Below are positions 30,689 to 39,884 of a stretch of DNA of 61,552 bases, one piece after another. The translations under genes were made by a program, and so were the position numbers. This DNA comes from a virus (Duplodnaviria; Caudoviricetes). The stretch lies in the IMG/VR virus record IMGVR_UViG_3300029258_003188, positions 1 through 61,552 of that record. One strand, 5' to 3'. Numbering within the stretch: the stretch's first letter is position 1; each line of letters opens with the position of its first letter. The notes beneath the pieces were generated by a model, which did no database searches, was not told the origin of the DNA, and saw nothing but the letters and a program-made list of their open reading frames with translations.

Positions 30689-30720
30689 GGCCCCCTTGAT
30701 TCGTTGAGGGGGCTTTTTTT
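30689..30720 (+). terminator. Intrinsic terminator after the MCP gene
   Basis: GCCCCCTTGA-TTCG-TTGAGGGGGC followed by T7. Confidence 0.85.
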
Positions 30721-30762
30721 ATATGGTATAAGAACTTATAAGAACTATGGAAGGGGGGAATT

Positions 30763-30933
30763 ATGATTATAAAAAAATTCTCTCCCCTCCCCGAGTGGTA
30801 CTATAAGGAGAGGGAGCTTCCATACCCGGAAGGGCCGGAACTAGTCCGGGTATGGAAAGTAAGCCTAGGCTGGAGGATAATCCAAGCCTGGGCTTTGATG
30901 GTAGGATTTTTGGCAGGGGCTTTCATCTTCTAG
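30763..30933 (+). CDS. 56-aa membrane-anchored protein, not in the ORF track
   Basis: TGGTATAAG at 30724, G-rich RBS, C-terminal WALMVGFLAGAFIF. Confidence 0.55.
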   Translation: MIIKKFSPLPEWYYKERELPYPEGPELVRVWKVSLGWRIIQAWALMVGFLAGAFIF

Positions 30934-30950
30934 GCCCCTGCCTATTTTTT

Positions 30951-31514
30951 TTACAGCTTATAGATCTTATCTATTATCTTTTTAACTAAGGTTTCTTTAG
31001 TATCTTTCATAGGGAAGCTAGCACCTAGAGCATAAGCTACCTTAACCAGATCATACCTACGCTCCGCTAGTAGAATTTCTCTCATCTCAATGAAATGAGG
31101 AAGAAGCTCTTTATTGTAGTTAACTGGATCCTCAATAAACTTCCTCATACTAAAAGTAGTAGCTTCTTGTATGACTGAAGGAGGAGTAGGCTCCTCTAGA
31201 TCAGGGATTGGTTCAGTTTCTACTGGAGACTTAACTCCATCTAGGACATCCTTAGTTTTAACTGGTTCTGGAGCTGGAGGGGTCTGGGGAACTGAGGGTG
31301 TTGGTTGCTGAGGAGCAGGTTCTTGAAGAATTGGAGCAAGTGGTTCTTTAACTCCTATAGGAGTAATATCAATAAGCTCTAATTCTCTAAGCTCGATTAG
31401 CCTATCAGGAAGCTTGCCGGAGTAAATCCTGAATACCTCAACATCTTTTTTGATTAACTGGTTATCATCAAGAGTAACAAATCCGTTAGAAATGTTCTTG
31501 ATTTTGTACCGCAT
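30951..31514 (-). CDS. Pro-rich protein with C-terminal Rho-N/HeH-like motif
   Basis: RYDLVKVAYALG...TKETLVKKI; AAGGAGG RBS. Confidence 0.55.
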   Translation of the reverse strand: MRYKIKNISNGFVTLDDNQLIKKDVEVFRIYSGKLPDRLIELRELELIDITPIGVKEPLAPILQEPAPQQPTPSVPQTPPAPEPVKTKDVLDGVKSPVETEPIPDLEEPTPPSVIQEATTFSMRKFIEDPVNYNKELLPHFIEMREILLAERRYDLVKVAYALGASFPMKDTKETLVKKIIDKIYKL

Positions 31515-31615
31515 GTGAAATCCTCCTTCTTAAAAGTAGTCTTATAACTAGTATACAAAAAAAACGACTACATGTCAATGAAGACTTTAAGTAGTCGTTT
31601 TTCCTAGTAAAGTTG

Positions 31616-31688
31616 TGGAGCTGGGGAGAATCGAACTCCCAACCTCCGGGTTGCAGGCCCAGCGCTCACCCAAATTCAGCTATACTCC
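31616..31688 (-). tRNA. Degenerate tRNA (anticodon TGC, Ala-like), possible pseudogene
   Basis: T-arm GGGAG-TTCGATT-CTCCC and anticodon arm CTGGG-CCTGCAA-CCCGG are present; acceptor stem imperfect, no G3:U70. Confidence 0.55.
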
Positions 31689-31843
31689 TTTGTACTAGCA
31701 AACGCAAGGGCAAAGATAAATAGCACTATAATCCCTACTAGTATAGCTGCGATTTTAGATATCATAACTAGAAAATTCACCTTATTCTACTAAGTATACT
31801 ATTAACCGATACTATTATAGTATAAGGTATTGCTTCAATAGTT

Positions 31844-32200
31844 TCAACAACCTTCACTAGAATCCTCTTCAGCATCGAGTAGGCTTTCACTTTTAATCTT
31901 CTTAATTTGCTCCTCTACGAAGCTTAACCTCCATTTAATCTGGGCCTTCATACGCTCTAGTGTCTCGATAGAGTATTCTCCTCTAGATGAATCTTGAGAG
32001 AGTACGTTTCTAGGGCAACCGCTTTGGTCAGTGTTTTCTTTCTTTTTGATTTCAGCTAAGAGTAGTAAAAAACTGTCGATCAGCCAAGAAATATCTTTTA
32101 TATTGAGTGAAACAAGCTTTAGCCCAGTTTTGCTGTCATAAAACTTATCTCTAAACTTAGCTTCAATTTTAGAAAGGTCATCGATTTGTTCTGTCATCAA
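31844..32200 (-). CDS. Hypothetical protein
   Basis: GGAGG RBS; coupled to the ligase gene. Confidence 0.6.
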   Translation of the reverse strand: MMTEQIDDLSKIEAKFRDKFYDSKTGLKLVSLNIKDISWLIDSFLLLLAEIKKKENTDQSGCPRNVLSQDSSRGEYSIETLERMKAQIKWRLSFVEEQIKKIKSESLLDAEEDSSEGC

Positions 32201-33333
32201 ATCCTCCCGATTAAGACATTATAGATTATCTTACTATTTTCTCTACCAAACTCATCTCCCATAGACCGCATTATTTCTCTCTTATTATTCTCCATAGTCC
32301 AGCCGTGCTCCTGCTCTAGTTGATTAAGCAGAGAGAAAGCATTTTCCTTTATCCTCTTTCGATTATTAACAAAGGAGATGCACCTTCTGATTAAGTCCTC
32401 ATTTTCATTAACTTGACCTTCATCCCACTCTTCTAGTAATAGAGGCTTGAGATTATCATAGTTAAGCTCATCGTGATCCTCAAAGACATTCCAGCACGTA
32501 GCTATAATAGAATTCTTTCCCATTCTCCGACCAGCAGCGAAGTGAATGGCTTCGATAGTTTCTGGCTTAGCTTTAAACTGCCAGCATCTATTAGATAGAT
32601 CAGTAACATACCAGACCTGCCCTTCTTGACCTTCATATGTATCTTCATCTAGCTTATTGAGATGAGTCTCCATTTCCTGCCTATGCTTATTGTACTCGCT
32701 CTCTAATTTAGCCTTGGAATCTATAACAGTTTCTAATCGAGGAATCGGCAGCTCTTTAGCAGCATCTATTTTCTCAGGGATAATAACTAGACCATCTTGG
32801 TTAACTCCGAATAGCATAGCTACATCCAAGTCTACCTCATATTTGATCAAATGAGTATTTCTATGACCGTATAGCTCATAGCTGATAGATAAGCCACTCT
32901 TGCTAGCTATATCTTTAATCATAGGATACTTCTCCAGCATCTCAAGCCACATGCTGTAGAATGGGCGGTGAGTCATGGTGAAAGGGAGCAATCTAGTCTT
33001 ATAGGAAGTAAACTGCTTGCTCTCATGATAATACGTATATTGAAGGATGTTAGTTCCATCCAGCTTCTCGTAGACCCTTACATTTTTAGCTGGAGGAAAA
33101 TCATAGTTACCTTTTTTGTCAAACGGGTACTCTTGTTTGGGTGTTCCGTAAATCTTTTGGTCAGTCTCTTTACCATTAATAGCAACTAAGTAAAGCATCC
33201 CATAAGTGGACTTTCCTGTTTTGTGAATAAACCCAGCTAAGGTGTTCTCAGGGTTAAACGGGTCCTTCTCTTTGAAAGCTCCCCAGTTTTTATTAAGTCC
33301 TAGATCTTTTTTTGCTTCAACTAAATCTATCAT
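32197..33333 (-). CDS. RNA ligase-like nucleotidyltransferase
   Basis: Motif I YEKLDGTNI, SYELYG, EGQVW, FKAK. Confidence 0.75.
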   Translation of the reverse strand: MIDLVEAKKDLGLNKNWGAFKEKDPFNPENTLAGFIHKTGKSTYGMLYLVAINGKETDQKIYGTPKQEYPFDKKGNYDFPPAKNVRVYEKLDGTNILQYTYYHESKQFTSYKTRLLPFTMTHRPFYSMWLEMLEKYPMIKDIASKSGLSISYELYGHRNTHLIKYEVDLDVAMLFGVNQDGLVIIPEKIDAAKELPIPRLETVIDSKAKLESEYNKHRQEMETHLNKLDEDTYEGQEGQVWYVTDLSNRCWQFKAKPETIEAIHFAAGRRMGKNSIIATCWNVFEDHDELNYDNLKPLLLEEWDEGQVNENEDLIRRCISFVNNRKRIKENAFSLLNQLEQEHGWTMENNKREIMRSMGDEFGRENSKIIYNVLIGRI

Positions 33334-33446
33334 TGGCTAATCCCCTCTTGATTCTTCAAGCGTTATTCCACTCCTCTAATCATTAGTTTAATATCACGTT
33401 CAAGAGCTTCCACCACTATTACTATAAGGAGCATTATCATCAAGCT

Positions 33447-33659
33447 CTAATCATTAAACATAAAAAGAGAACAGTCGTCATTGTCCCTTGGGTCATATTC
33501 TTCCCAATCGTCTGAGTCTCTATCTTCAAACGGCACACGCTCTATAATGCCAACACAACTATTTTTCCAGTATTTAACTTCCGGTTTACTCGTCCGATAA
33601 ACAGCCGATCTCACATGACACCATTCGATTGCGTCTTTCAACAACACTACTTCCTCCAT
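33447..33659 (-). CDS. Hypothetical protein
   Basis: ORF only. Confidence 0.5.
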   Translation of the reverse strand: MEEVVLLKDAIEWCHVRSAVYRTSKPEVKYWKNSCVGIIERVPFEDRDSDDWEEYDPRDNDDCSLFMFND

Positions 33660-33786
33660 TCCGTGAAATTTGTTTTTACATCCCCCGTGCTAAATGGGTA
33701 TGATGTAGATATATACCTAGATCGTCAGTCATTTCCCCTCCATTGACTTATCTTTCCTCGTTCCTCCTTTCTTCCAATAAGAACGC

Positions 33787-34287
33787 TTATAAAGTAACCC
33801 AGGTTCCAGTTTCTTCTTCCCAACCGAGCTTAAATTTTGTCATCATAGTCAGCCGTAGCCATACTTTCTCCGGTGATTGCCGATGGGGAAATAGAGCAGA
33901 ACCGATGTAATCTTTTAGTGGTTTCCAAATATTAAAATCAATCATCTGTCCCGCACTCATCAGATTTTGGAGTTGATCCTGGCGTGGGAGCCAGATGTAT
34001 GAATGTTTGTCGAATGTCCAGTTGCTCCAAGTGTAGGGGCGATTTGGAGAGATAAGTAGTTGAGACCTCCAATGTTCGTCAAAATGCTGGAAATACAGGT
34101 ATTCGTTGTTTTCGGACCACTCCCTGTTCATCTCGTCTCGGTTTGCTCTGGTAGCTACCAAGAATCCGATTTCAGGATGGTCTCCATTCATCAGGCAACA
34201 GATGTCCGCTTGGCGGGGGTTCCAATGCTTCCCTTGGATTCGTTCTGCCGCTTGGCACATCTTAATGTAGTTTATACTAGTATCCAC
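33787..34287 (-). CDS. Hypothetical phage protein (WLPRQDQLQ motif)
   Basis: GGAGG RBS; YIKMC..A and WLPRQDQLQ motifs recognised from phage hypothetical proteins. Confidence 0.65.
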   Translation of the reverse strand: MDTSINYIKMCQAAERIQGKHWNPRQADICCLMNGDHPEIGFLVATRANRDEMNREWSENNEYLYFQHFDEHWRSQLLISPNRPYTWSNWTFDKHSYIWLPRQDQLQNLMSAGQMIDFNIWKPLKDYIGSALFPHRQSPEKVWLRLTMMTKFKLGWEEETGTWVTL

Positions 34288-34317
34288 ATATCCTCCCTTC
34301 TTGTCTAATAATTGTCC

Positions 34318-34503
34318 TTACAGATAACCTTGATAGATCATTTCCCCCCTACCACACTTCCAGCACATAATCTCCCTCTCTCGGTATTCGATGTTTCCAC
34401 ACCTTGTACACACCCAATATGGCCCCTGGATAGATTGGCCTAAACCCCTAATCCACATCCCAACCTTGAGCCTGAATTTTGTCAACTTATTCATAACTGT
34501 CAT
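34318..34503 (-). CDS. Small zinc-ribbon protein
   Basis: CTRC..CWKC. Confidence 0.6.
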   Translation of the reverse strand: MTVMNKLTKFRLKVGMWIRGLGQSIQGPYWVCTRCGNIEYREREIMCWKCGRGEMIYQGYL

Positions 34504-34916
34504 TATCGGGTCACTTCGCTCATGATGACTGGTTTGACAAGATATTCATCCAATGCCATCGGGATCAGATATATAAGATTCGAGATCACCGGATAACTAC
34601 CTACGTCTGCCGCGCATATTCTTTCAATCGGTTCATCGGTTGTCTGAAAAGCTAAATCAAACGCCTGGGGATTAATGGCATAATAGAAGTAAACAATCCA
34701 ATCATCTCCTCTCACCACCGCTAAACTTTTCCAGTCTTTTATTTCTACGCCAATCTCCTCTTTCGCTTCTCTGATCATCGCCTCAAGTTCCGATTCGTCC
34801 TCTATGTGACCACCCACACCATTAAGATACCCAACCTGCCACTCTGGGCGATTTTTTCTTATCAGGAGAACATTAGTCAAATCATCGAAGAGAAAACCGA
34901 CTACATATCTTTTCAT
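34503..34916 (-). CDS. NUDIX hydrolase
   Basis: Nudix box GGHIEDESELEAMIREAKEEIG. Confidence 0.9.
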   Translation of the reverse strand: MKRYVVGFLFDDLTNVLLIRKNRPEWQVGYLNGVGGHIEDESELEAMIREAKEEIGVEIKDWKSLAVVRGDDWIVYFYYAINPQAFDLAFQTTDEPIERICAADVGSYPVISNLIYLIPMALDEYLVKPVIMSEVTR

Positions 34917-34925
34917 ATCTCCTCC

Positions 34926-35558
34926 TTACAGATAAGGCATATTATTATTATTAATAATATCTTCCAAAGAAGACCATTTCGGTGACGTTACCAAAATGGT
35001 TTCACGAACACAATATTCTGCGGTATCCACATCTATCTTATGTTCTGGGTCGTACTTATTGTTTTCCTTGGAGTAATCAAATTCAGCATCTTCATGCTTT
35101 CTTAAAATGCTTCCCATTAATTTGTATGTCTTGGGGGCTTTCTTTGTGTAATCCCCCTCTAGTTTACTTAAATATTCAAACAGCTTCTCGTTCCTGGGAG
35201 AATAGGGTAAGATGCTGTCAGAAAATTCACCTGTATCTTTAAAATACCACCCCTTGCCCCCACTAATCTTAGGACTATCAAATATAACTATTCTTTTAGT
35301 TTTAAGGTCTATAACATCCTCTTCGTGGCAAGAAAGATTAATATCTCTAGGTAAATCAATCCCAGTATCTTCTAGTGGTTTGACTGTGCCATGAGGAGGC
35401 CCATTGTCCCAGTGATACTCTGTGAAAAGAAACAATTCACCAAACTTTTCTCTGATGCCAATAAACCCAAGGCAAGTAGCATCAAACACTCCAAGTAGTA
35501 AGTTTCTAGAATGTATTTTATAAACCCTTCTATTTTTACAGTCTTCTAGCTTAATCAC
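34926..35558 (-). CDS. Hypothetical protein
   Basis: ORF with RBS in the leftward operon. Confidence 0.65.
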   Translation of the reverse strand: MIKLEDCKNRRVYKIHSRNLLLGVFDATCLGFIGIREKFGELFLFTEYHWDNGPPHGTVKPLEDTGIDLPRDINLSCHEEDVIDLKTKRIVIFDSPKISGGKGWYFKDTGEFSDSILPYSPRNEKLFEYLSKLEGDYTKKAPKTYKLMGSILRKHEDAEFDYSKENNKYDPEHKIDVDTAEYCVRETILVTSPKWSSLEDIINNNNMPYL

Positions 35559-35574
35559 CGATAGCTCCTATGGT

Positions 35575-36027
35575 TTAAAATCCAGATACCAAATCTTGCT
35601 GTCTGGTCGTGCTAACTGGTTTAATACTAATCTGCCTGATCCCGAAAATAGTTTGATTATGCTCATCTAGTTTTTCTATACCTAGTTCACCTATGTAAGC
35701 TTCCTTCATAATCCAAGGTGTTAATACTTTAGCTCTTAGAGTTAGTGCCTCTACTAGAATTCCTTTAACTATTCTATGATAACCATCTATAACTCTTAAG
35801 AAAAATGGTTCGACTAGTATAGGTAAACTAATGTTAGCGTCAATTATTCTTTTTAGATGGAGTAGATCATACAGGCACTCAGATGGAGTTCTATTTTCCC
35901 AAACCGGATGATGCATGTAGTCAGCAGATAGAGGCCACTTAACAGTTTGCATATCGAAAGCTAGTTCGTGTAGCTTGCTCACATCAAATATCTTTCCGTC
36001 TAGATAAGCTATACCTTTAGGTGGCAT
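35575..36027 (-). CDS. ParB/Srx-like domain protein
   Basis: PILV...VIDGYHRI motif. Confidence 0.65.
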   Translation of the reverse strand: MPPKGIAYLDGKIFDVSKLHELAFDMQTVKWPLSADYMHHPVWENRTPSECLYDLLHLKRIIDANISLPILVEPFFLRVIDGYHRIVKGILVEALTLRAKVLTPWIMKEAYIGELGIEKLDEHNQTIFGIRQISIKPVSTTRQQDLVSGF

Positions 36028-36030
36028 TGA

Positions 36031-36390
36031 TTAATCCGTGAAGTACCAGTCTGAAAAGACAGCAGAATAGTCATAGCTTTCTCCACAATATCCACAACGA
36101 ACTGTATGTGCTTCTTCATCAATCTTCTCAAAGGCAATAAAAGAGACTGTTCCATCTGCTTCTCTTTCTGGCCTACCAATATAAGTAGCCGTAGTAACTA
36201 GCTCAAATTGTTCAGACCCACATTCTTGGTCGTCGATCAAATTTTTGCATAGTAGAAGGTGACCCTCACCCTCAAAACACTCGTCTGTTAAGAACTCATC
36301 TGCTCTCTTTGAATTTTTTAGCCATTTCTCTAGTTTCTCAGCGTCATCTATTGATAGAGACATCTCTTTATTATTAAAGTTGTAATTCAT
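36031..36390 (-). CDS. Hypothetical zinc-binding protein
   Basis: C..CGS and CGYCG. Confidence 0.6.
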   Translation of the reverse strand: MNYNFNNKEMSLSIDDAEKLEKWLKNSKRADEFLTDECFEGEGHLLLCKNLIDDQECGSEQFELVTTATYIGRPEREADGTVSFIAFEKIDEEAHTVRCGYCGESYDYSAVFSDWYFTD

Positions 36391-36414
36391 TGCTTATTCT
36401 CCTTCCTTAGTTTA

Positions 36415-36485
36415 AGCGGATAATGGGAGTTGAACCCCTGTCCCGAGCATGGCACGCTCCGATTTTACCATTAAACTAAGCCCGC
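36415..36485 (-). tRNA. tRNA-Gly(GCC), degenerate
   Basis: GCGGGCTTAGTTTAATGGTAAAAT..GAGC-GTGCCAT-GCTC..GGTTCAACTCC..TCCGCT; mismatches in acceptor and T stems, no CCA. Confidence 0.65.
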
Positions 36486-37138
36486 TCATAAAATCCCTTA
36501 ATCAAATCGACAACCTCTCTTCCGGTAAGAATATTGTCGACGGCAGCCCCACTCAATCCGGGTGAGATATTGAAATCGATTGCGTAAATCTTCTTGGCGG
36601 CAACGAAATCAACTGCGAACATCGGTTCTTTTATCTTGGGATGATATCCTCTTCCTGCCTCCGCTAAAACCTCTACCCATGCCTTGTCACCGTAATTCGA
36701 CCTCCAATCATCAATACTCGAATACCTCAGCCACCACTTCCTGTCTCCAATCTGCAAATACCTCAAGGAAACTGAACCCTCACCCGGAGAAGTCGGGATA
36801 AATTCAGAGCAGAAATTATCTGGATGCTTTTCAAGGGCCTTTTCGGCAGACATCCTTTCCTTTCCTTCTCCTCTATGAGCCATTTCATCCAAATAAACTA
36901 CAACGCTCACAATCCTCATTATTCCATCAGGAATGTCCGAATACCGCTCTCTCAGCTTGGGGAAAACCTCTTTCACGATTCCAACCTCAGGGCTATTCAG
37001 ACCAAGACTTTTGAGGAAACCAAACATTTCCCTTCTACCCATCCCTCCCCTAGACATTCGCTCAAATACGATGTCCCCTTCTCGATCAAACCAATGGTCG
37101 TAATAATCAAGAAAATCTGTCTTCAGTTGAATCTTCAC
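36476..37138 (-). CDS. Divergent ATP-grasp-like protein
   Basis: HRGEGK, SEFI, DDWRSN and FAVDFV...YAIDFNISPG. Confidence 0.6.
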   Translation of the reverse strand: MKIQLKTDFLDYYDHWFDREGDIVFERMSRGGMGRREMFGFLKSLGLNSPEVGIVKEVFPKLRERYSDIPDGIMRIVSVVVYLDEMAHRGEGKERMSAEKALEKHPDNFCSEFIPTSPGEGSVSLRYLQIGDRKWWLRYSSIDDWRSNYGDKAWVEVLAEAGRGYHPKIKEPMFAVDFVAAKKIYAIDFNISPGLSGAAVDNILTGREVVDLIKGFYERA

Positions 37139-37152
37139 CTCAACCTCTCAAA

Positions 37153-37227
37153 TGGTGGGCCGACTGGGACTTGAACCCAGAACCCCCAGATTAAAAGTCT
37201 GGTACTCTTCCATTGAGTTACCGCCCC
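37153..37227 (-). tRNA. tRNA-Lys(TTT)
   Basis: CCAGA-CTTTTAA-TCTGG anticodon arm, CTGGG-TTCAAGT-CCCAG T-arm, encoded CCA. Confidence 0.9.
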
Positions 37228-37323
37228 TTACCCAAAATCCACCGAAATTTTAATCTGTTCCATGTCTCCTCCTTTATTAACTGGAGCTGGCGGTAGGAAT
37301 CGAACCCACATTTCGCTGATTAC

Positions 37324-38115
37324 CTTACCACTATAGCTTTCGCTACCTATTTCTAGTTTGTGGTCTGGACTATGTCTTTACCTTCACAGGTAGATAGCGT
37401 ATAGTCTCTACGGTTCCTTTTCAGTTACCTCGGCATTGGCATGAAGACAATTATTTGGTACTGATTTATTGTCTTTTTAGCTTTCACCGATACAGCTATC
37501 TCCACTCATACTATTCTTTTTCTAGTATAAGGCCCGTTAGTAAGATTTCCCTGATTGATATCTATATCTTCTAGAGAATCGTCCATTCCCTTATTCTTTC
37601 TTTTATAGGTTGGTAACTGAGCATCACAATTGGGGCATACCAATCGTAGGTTTTTGAGGGAATCGTTAGTAGGATCTCCATTGATATGATCGACTATTAT
37701 GGGAATATCTTTGCCATTCCACCTTGACTTATTGCATATTTGACATTTTTGACCAAATTCATTAATTAGTATTCTCCTGAGAGTTTGCAGGTGCAAAACC
37801 CCTTGTCCTAATTTTTCTTTACTCAGTCTCATCCTATATTTAGTTGAGCAAGAAAAACAACAAAACTTTGGCTGCCCCCTTACATTATAACTAATTTCTG
37901 ATCCACAATATAAGCAAGTACGTTTTAAGTGTACTTTCTTGTGGCCTCTGGTTTTTAATCCAAATTTATGCAACCAGTATCTAACTGTGGTTTGACTTAC
38001 TTGTAATTCTCTCGCTATTGCTCTCTGCGTATTATTTTTAGAGAGTTGTTCTAGTACATTTTTTTCCATATGATGATTATACTAGATTTAGTTCTAAATT
38101 ACAAGCTTTTGTTTC
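37324..38115 (-). mobile_element. Group I self-splicing intron (about 792 nt) in the tRNA anticodon loop
   Basis: Core elements TATCGGTGAA (P), AATGCCGAG (Q), GTAGAGACTATA (R), AAGACATAGTCC (S); 5' exon ends in U and intron ends in G. Confidence 0.88.
37506..38069 (-). CDS. Intron-encoded HNH homing endonuclease with N-terminal HTH
   Basis: QRAIARELQVSQTTVRYW (HTH); CQIC..VDHINGDPTND..NLRLVCPNC. Confidence 0.9.
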   Translation of the reverse strand: MEKNVLEQLSKNNTQRAIARELQVSQTTVRYWLHKFGLKTRGHKKVHLKRTCLYCGSEISYNVRGQPKFCCFSCSTKYRMRLSKEKLGQGVLHLQTLRRILINEFGQKCQICNKSRWNGKDIPIIVDHINGDPTNDSLKNLRLVCPNCDAQLPTYKRKNKGMDDSLEDIDINQGNLTNGPYTRKRIV

Positions 38116-38177
38116 AGGTCAGCTGCTCTACCTAGTTGAGCTACGCCAGCTATTAACTATAAATATCTACTTCTTTA

Positions 38178-38435
38178 TTATTTCCCCTTAAATTTACGAT
38201 ACCATTCTCGTTTTTTGGGATCTTCGCTGTTTTTTAATTCACCAAACCATGTTTTCCCGTCTTTGTTAAACCCATACACATCAGATACTTCGTTTAGCTG
38301 TATAGGGAGCTCCTTATCTCTACGCAAGTTTTCTTTTCCTTTCCTTCTGAATGTTCTATTGGCTAGCCTCTTGTCTTCCTTATCAGAAGCAGCACAAATT
38401 CCACAATAATCGTTTTTCCTTCTTGATTTACCCAT
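38178..38435 (-). CDS. Small basic hypothetical protein
   Basis: GAGG RBS; coupled to the upstream gene. Confidence 0.65.
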   Translation of the reverse strand: MGKSRRKNDYCGICAASDKEDKRLANRTFRRKGKENLRRDKELPIQLNEVSDVYGFNKDGKTWFGELKNSEDPKKREWYRKFKGK

Positions 38436-38673
38436 TAAACCTCTTCTCCATTAACTTTTTACCTGTCTTAGCACACACCCACTCTCCACACCATTGATCC
38501 TCAGGTTCTATAATAATTGGCCAATCAGCCACAATACTTTCACCGACATTAGACATAACTTTTCCTGGATACCGTTTACAAATACAGTTACCTCTGTCAT
38601 TGGCGTCACCCTCAGCTCCACAACCATAAAGACAAGTTTTACAGTTGATTTGTTTGCTAGGCAGTTTAACCAT
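38428..38673 (-). CDS. Cys-rich hypothetical protein
   Basis: CKTC, CKRYP and WCGEW; start moved to MVKL (AAGGAGG RBS), which avoids the tRNA-Leu overlap. Confidence 0.65.
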   Translation of the reverse strand: MVKLPSKQINCKTCLYGCGAEGDANDRGNCICKRYPGKVMSNVGESIVADWPIIIEPEDQWCGEWVCAKTGKKLMEKRFNG

Positions 38674-38691
38674 TTTTCTTCCTCCTTTTGT

Positions 38692-38775
38692 TGGTAGGGG
38701 AGACAGGAATCGAACCTGCATGCCGAAGCACTAGCTCCTAAGGCTAGCGTGTCTGCCTAGTTCCACCACTCCCCC
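38692..38775 (-). tRNA. tRNA-Leu(TAG)
   Basis: CTAGC-CTTAGGA-GCTAG arm, long variable arm, GCAGG-TTCGATT-CCTGT T-arm, CCA. Confidence 0.93.
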
Positions 38776-38784
38776 CTAGTTATT

Positions 38785-38997
38785 TTACGTTTCTGATTCT
38801 AAGCAAGCATACAGTCTCCTAACCCCAACTCCATCATAGTGCAAAGGTGTAGGCTTATTAGGAAACGATTCACTGAAGTAATATCTGAACAACTCACAAG
38901 TAGGGTTACCAAAGTTATCAGAGGCTAGATAAGGACAAGTAGAATCACAATATTGCTTATCTACTAATACCGTAACTTTTAAACTCTTCTTCTCCAT
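38785..38997 (-). CDS. Small Cys-containing hypothetical protein
   Basis: First ORF downstream of the minus-strand TGGTATAAG at 39056-39064. Confidence 0.55.
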   Translation of the reverse strand: MEKKSLKVTVLVDKQYCDSTCPYLASDNFGNPTCELFRYYFSESFPNKPTPLHYDGVGVRRLYACLESET

Positions 38998-39103
38998 AGT
39001 TACTTCTATTTTGGATTAATATCTTTATTTTGTCAATAAAGAGACTAGCTCCAATCTTATACCACTTTCTTTGCAAAATCTAGTTTATATGCTATAATTA
39101 TAA

Positions 39104-39186
39104 GGAGACTGACGTGTTTTCTCCAAAGTCTCTTTCTTTCCTCCTTCCGGGAGCGGTCCTAGTCAGCTAGGACCGCTTCTCTTTTT
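39104..39186 (+). ncRNA. Candidate sRNA with exposed anti-Shine-Dalgarno
   Basis: TTGCAA-16-(TGc)TATAAT promoter, 5' stem GGAGACT/AGTCTCT, single-stranded TTCCTCCTT, 14-bp terminator stem plus T-run; no ORF. Confidence 0.6.
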
Positions 39187-39244
39187 AAGGTATAAGATAA
39201 TAAATGAAATCTTATTAACGTTATTAACTAAGGAGGGTAAAACA

Positions 39245-39418
39245 ATGGTTAGGTACCAGCTTAAAATCACTAAGTGTAGGGAGCCGGTAAAGTGCTCCAT
39301 TTGCAAGAAGCTCATCAATAAGGGCGAGCTTCATGAAGCGTGGTATTGTGGCTATTGCAAAGAGTGGGCTAACCACTTGAGATGTCAAAAGCCTAGAAAG
39401 GAGCATAACAATGTCTAA
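39245..39418 (+). CDS. 57-aa zinc-finger protein, not in the ORF track
   Basis: AAGGAGG RBS; CSIC..CGYC..H..C; AGGTATAAG at 39188. Confidence 0.65.
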   Translation: MVRYQLKITKCREPVKCSICKKLINKGELHEAWYCGYCKEWANHLRCQKPRKEHNNV

Positions 39419-39779
39419 TCTTTGGTACTATTATCTCCATCAAGATGGGTCGTTAATAGGGAAAAATCCAGCAGTAGTAGAGCATGATGATCAGTACTTT
39501 AATAGTCCTTTTGTAAAGAAGGTTTGGATGATCGATTTAACTAAGCGAGAAGATGCTTGGACTTTAGTGCTTGAGGCCCTAGCCCTTGGAGCCTCACTCG
39601 ATCGAGCTAAAGAACTAGCTGAAAAGTGGAAACTAACTTATGAAGATTCTTTTGAAATGCTCTCACGGGTTAAGCCTACAGGTGAGATGAAAGAAGGAAT
39701 GAAAATAATGATAGAGAAGATTTTTAAAGTGGACATTGACCAATATTGGGAAAGCGTTTTAGAGAAGCAAAAAAAATGA
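39411..39779 (+). CDS. Hypothetical protein
   Basis: AAAGGAG RBS; WYYYLHQDGSLIGK. Confidence 0.7.
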   Translation: MSNLWYYYLHQDGSLIGKNPAVVEHDDQYFNSPFVKKVWMIDLTKREDAWTLVLEALALGASLDRAKELAEKWKLTYEDSFEMLSRVKPTGEMKEGMKIMIEKIFKVDIDQYWESVLEKQKK

Positions 39780-39788
39780 GGAATAAGT

Positions 39789-39865
39789 GCGTCTGTAGCT
39801 CAGCTGGACAGAGCAACGGACTTCTAATCCGTAGGCCGCAGGTTCGAGTCCTGCCAGGCGTGCCA
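39789..39865 (+). tRNA. tRNA-Arg(TCT)
   Basis: ACGGA-CTTCTAA-TCCGT arm, GCAGG-TTCGAGT-CCTGC T-arm, GCCA end. Confidence 0.95.
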
Positions 39866-39884
39866 CTAAGAAAGGAGATCAAAA

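Larger units (their letters stand above)
37282..38150 (-). tRNA. tRNA-Thr(TGT) split by an intron (exons 38150-38116 and 37323-37282)
   Basis: Joined exons give acceptor GCTGGCG/CGCCAGC, GCTC/GAGC D-stem, GCTGA-CCTGTAA-TCAGC anticodon arm, GTGGG-TTCGATT-CCTAC T-arm and CCA. Confidence 0.88.

Noticed and set aside
31616-39865. Prophage attachment site at a tRNA
   Set aside because: No integrase and no duplicated tRNA 3' end seen in the window.
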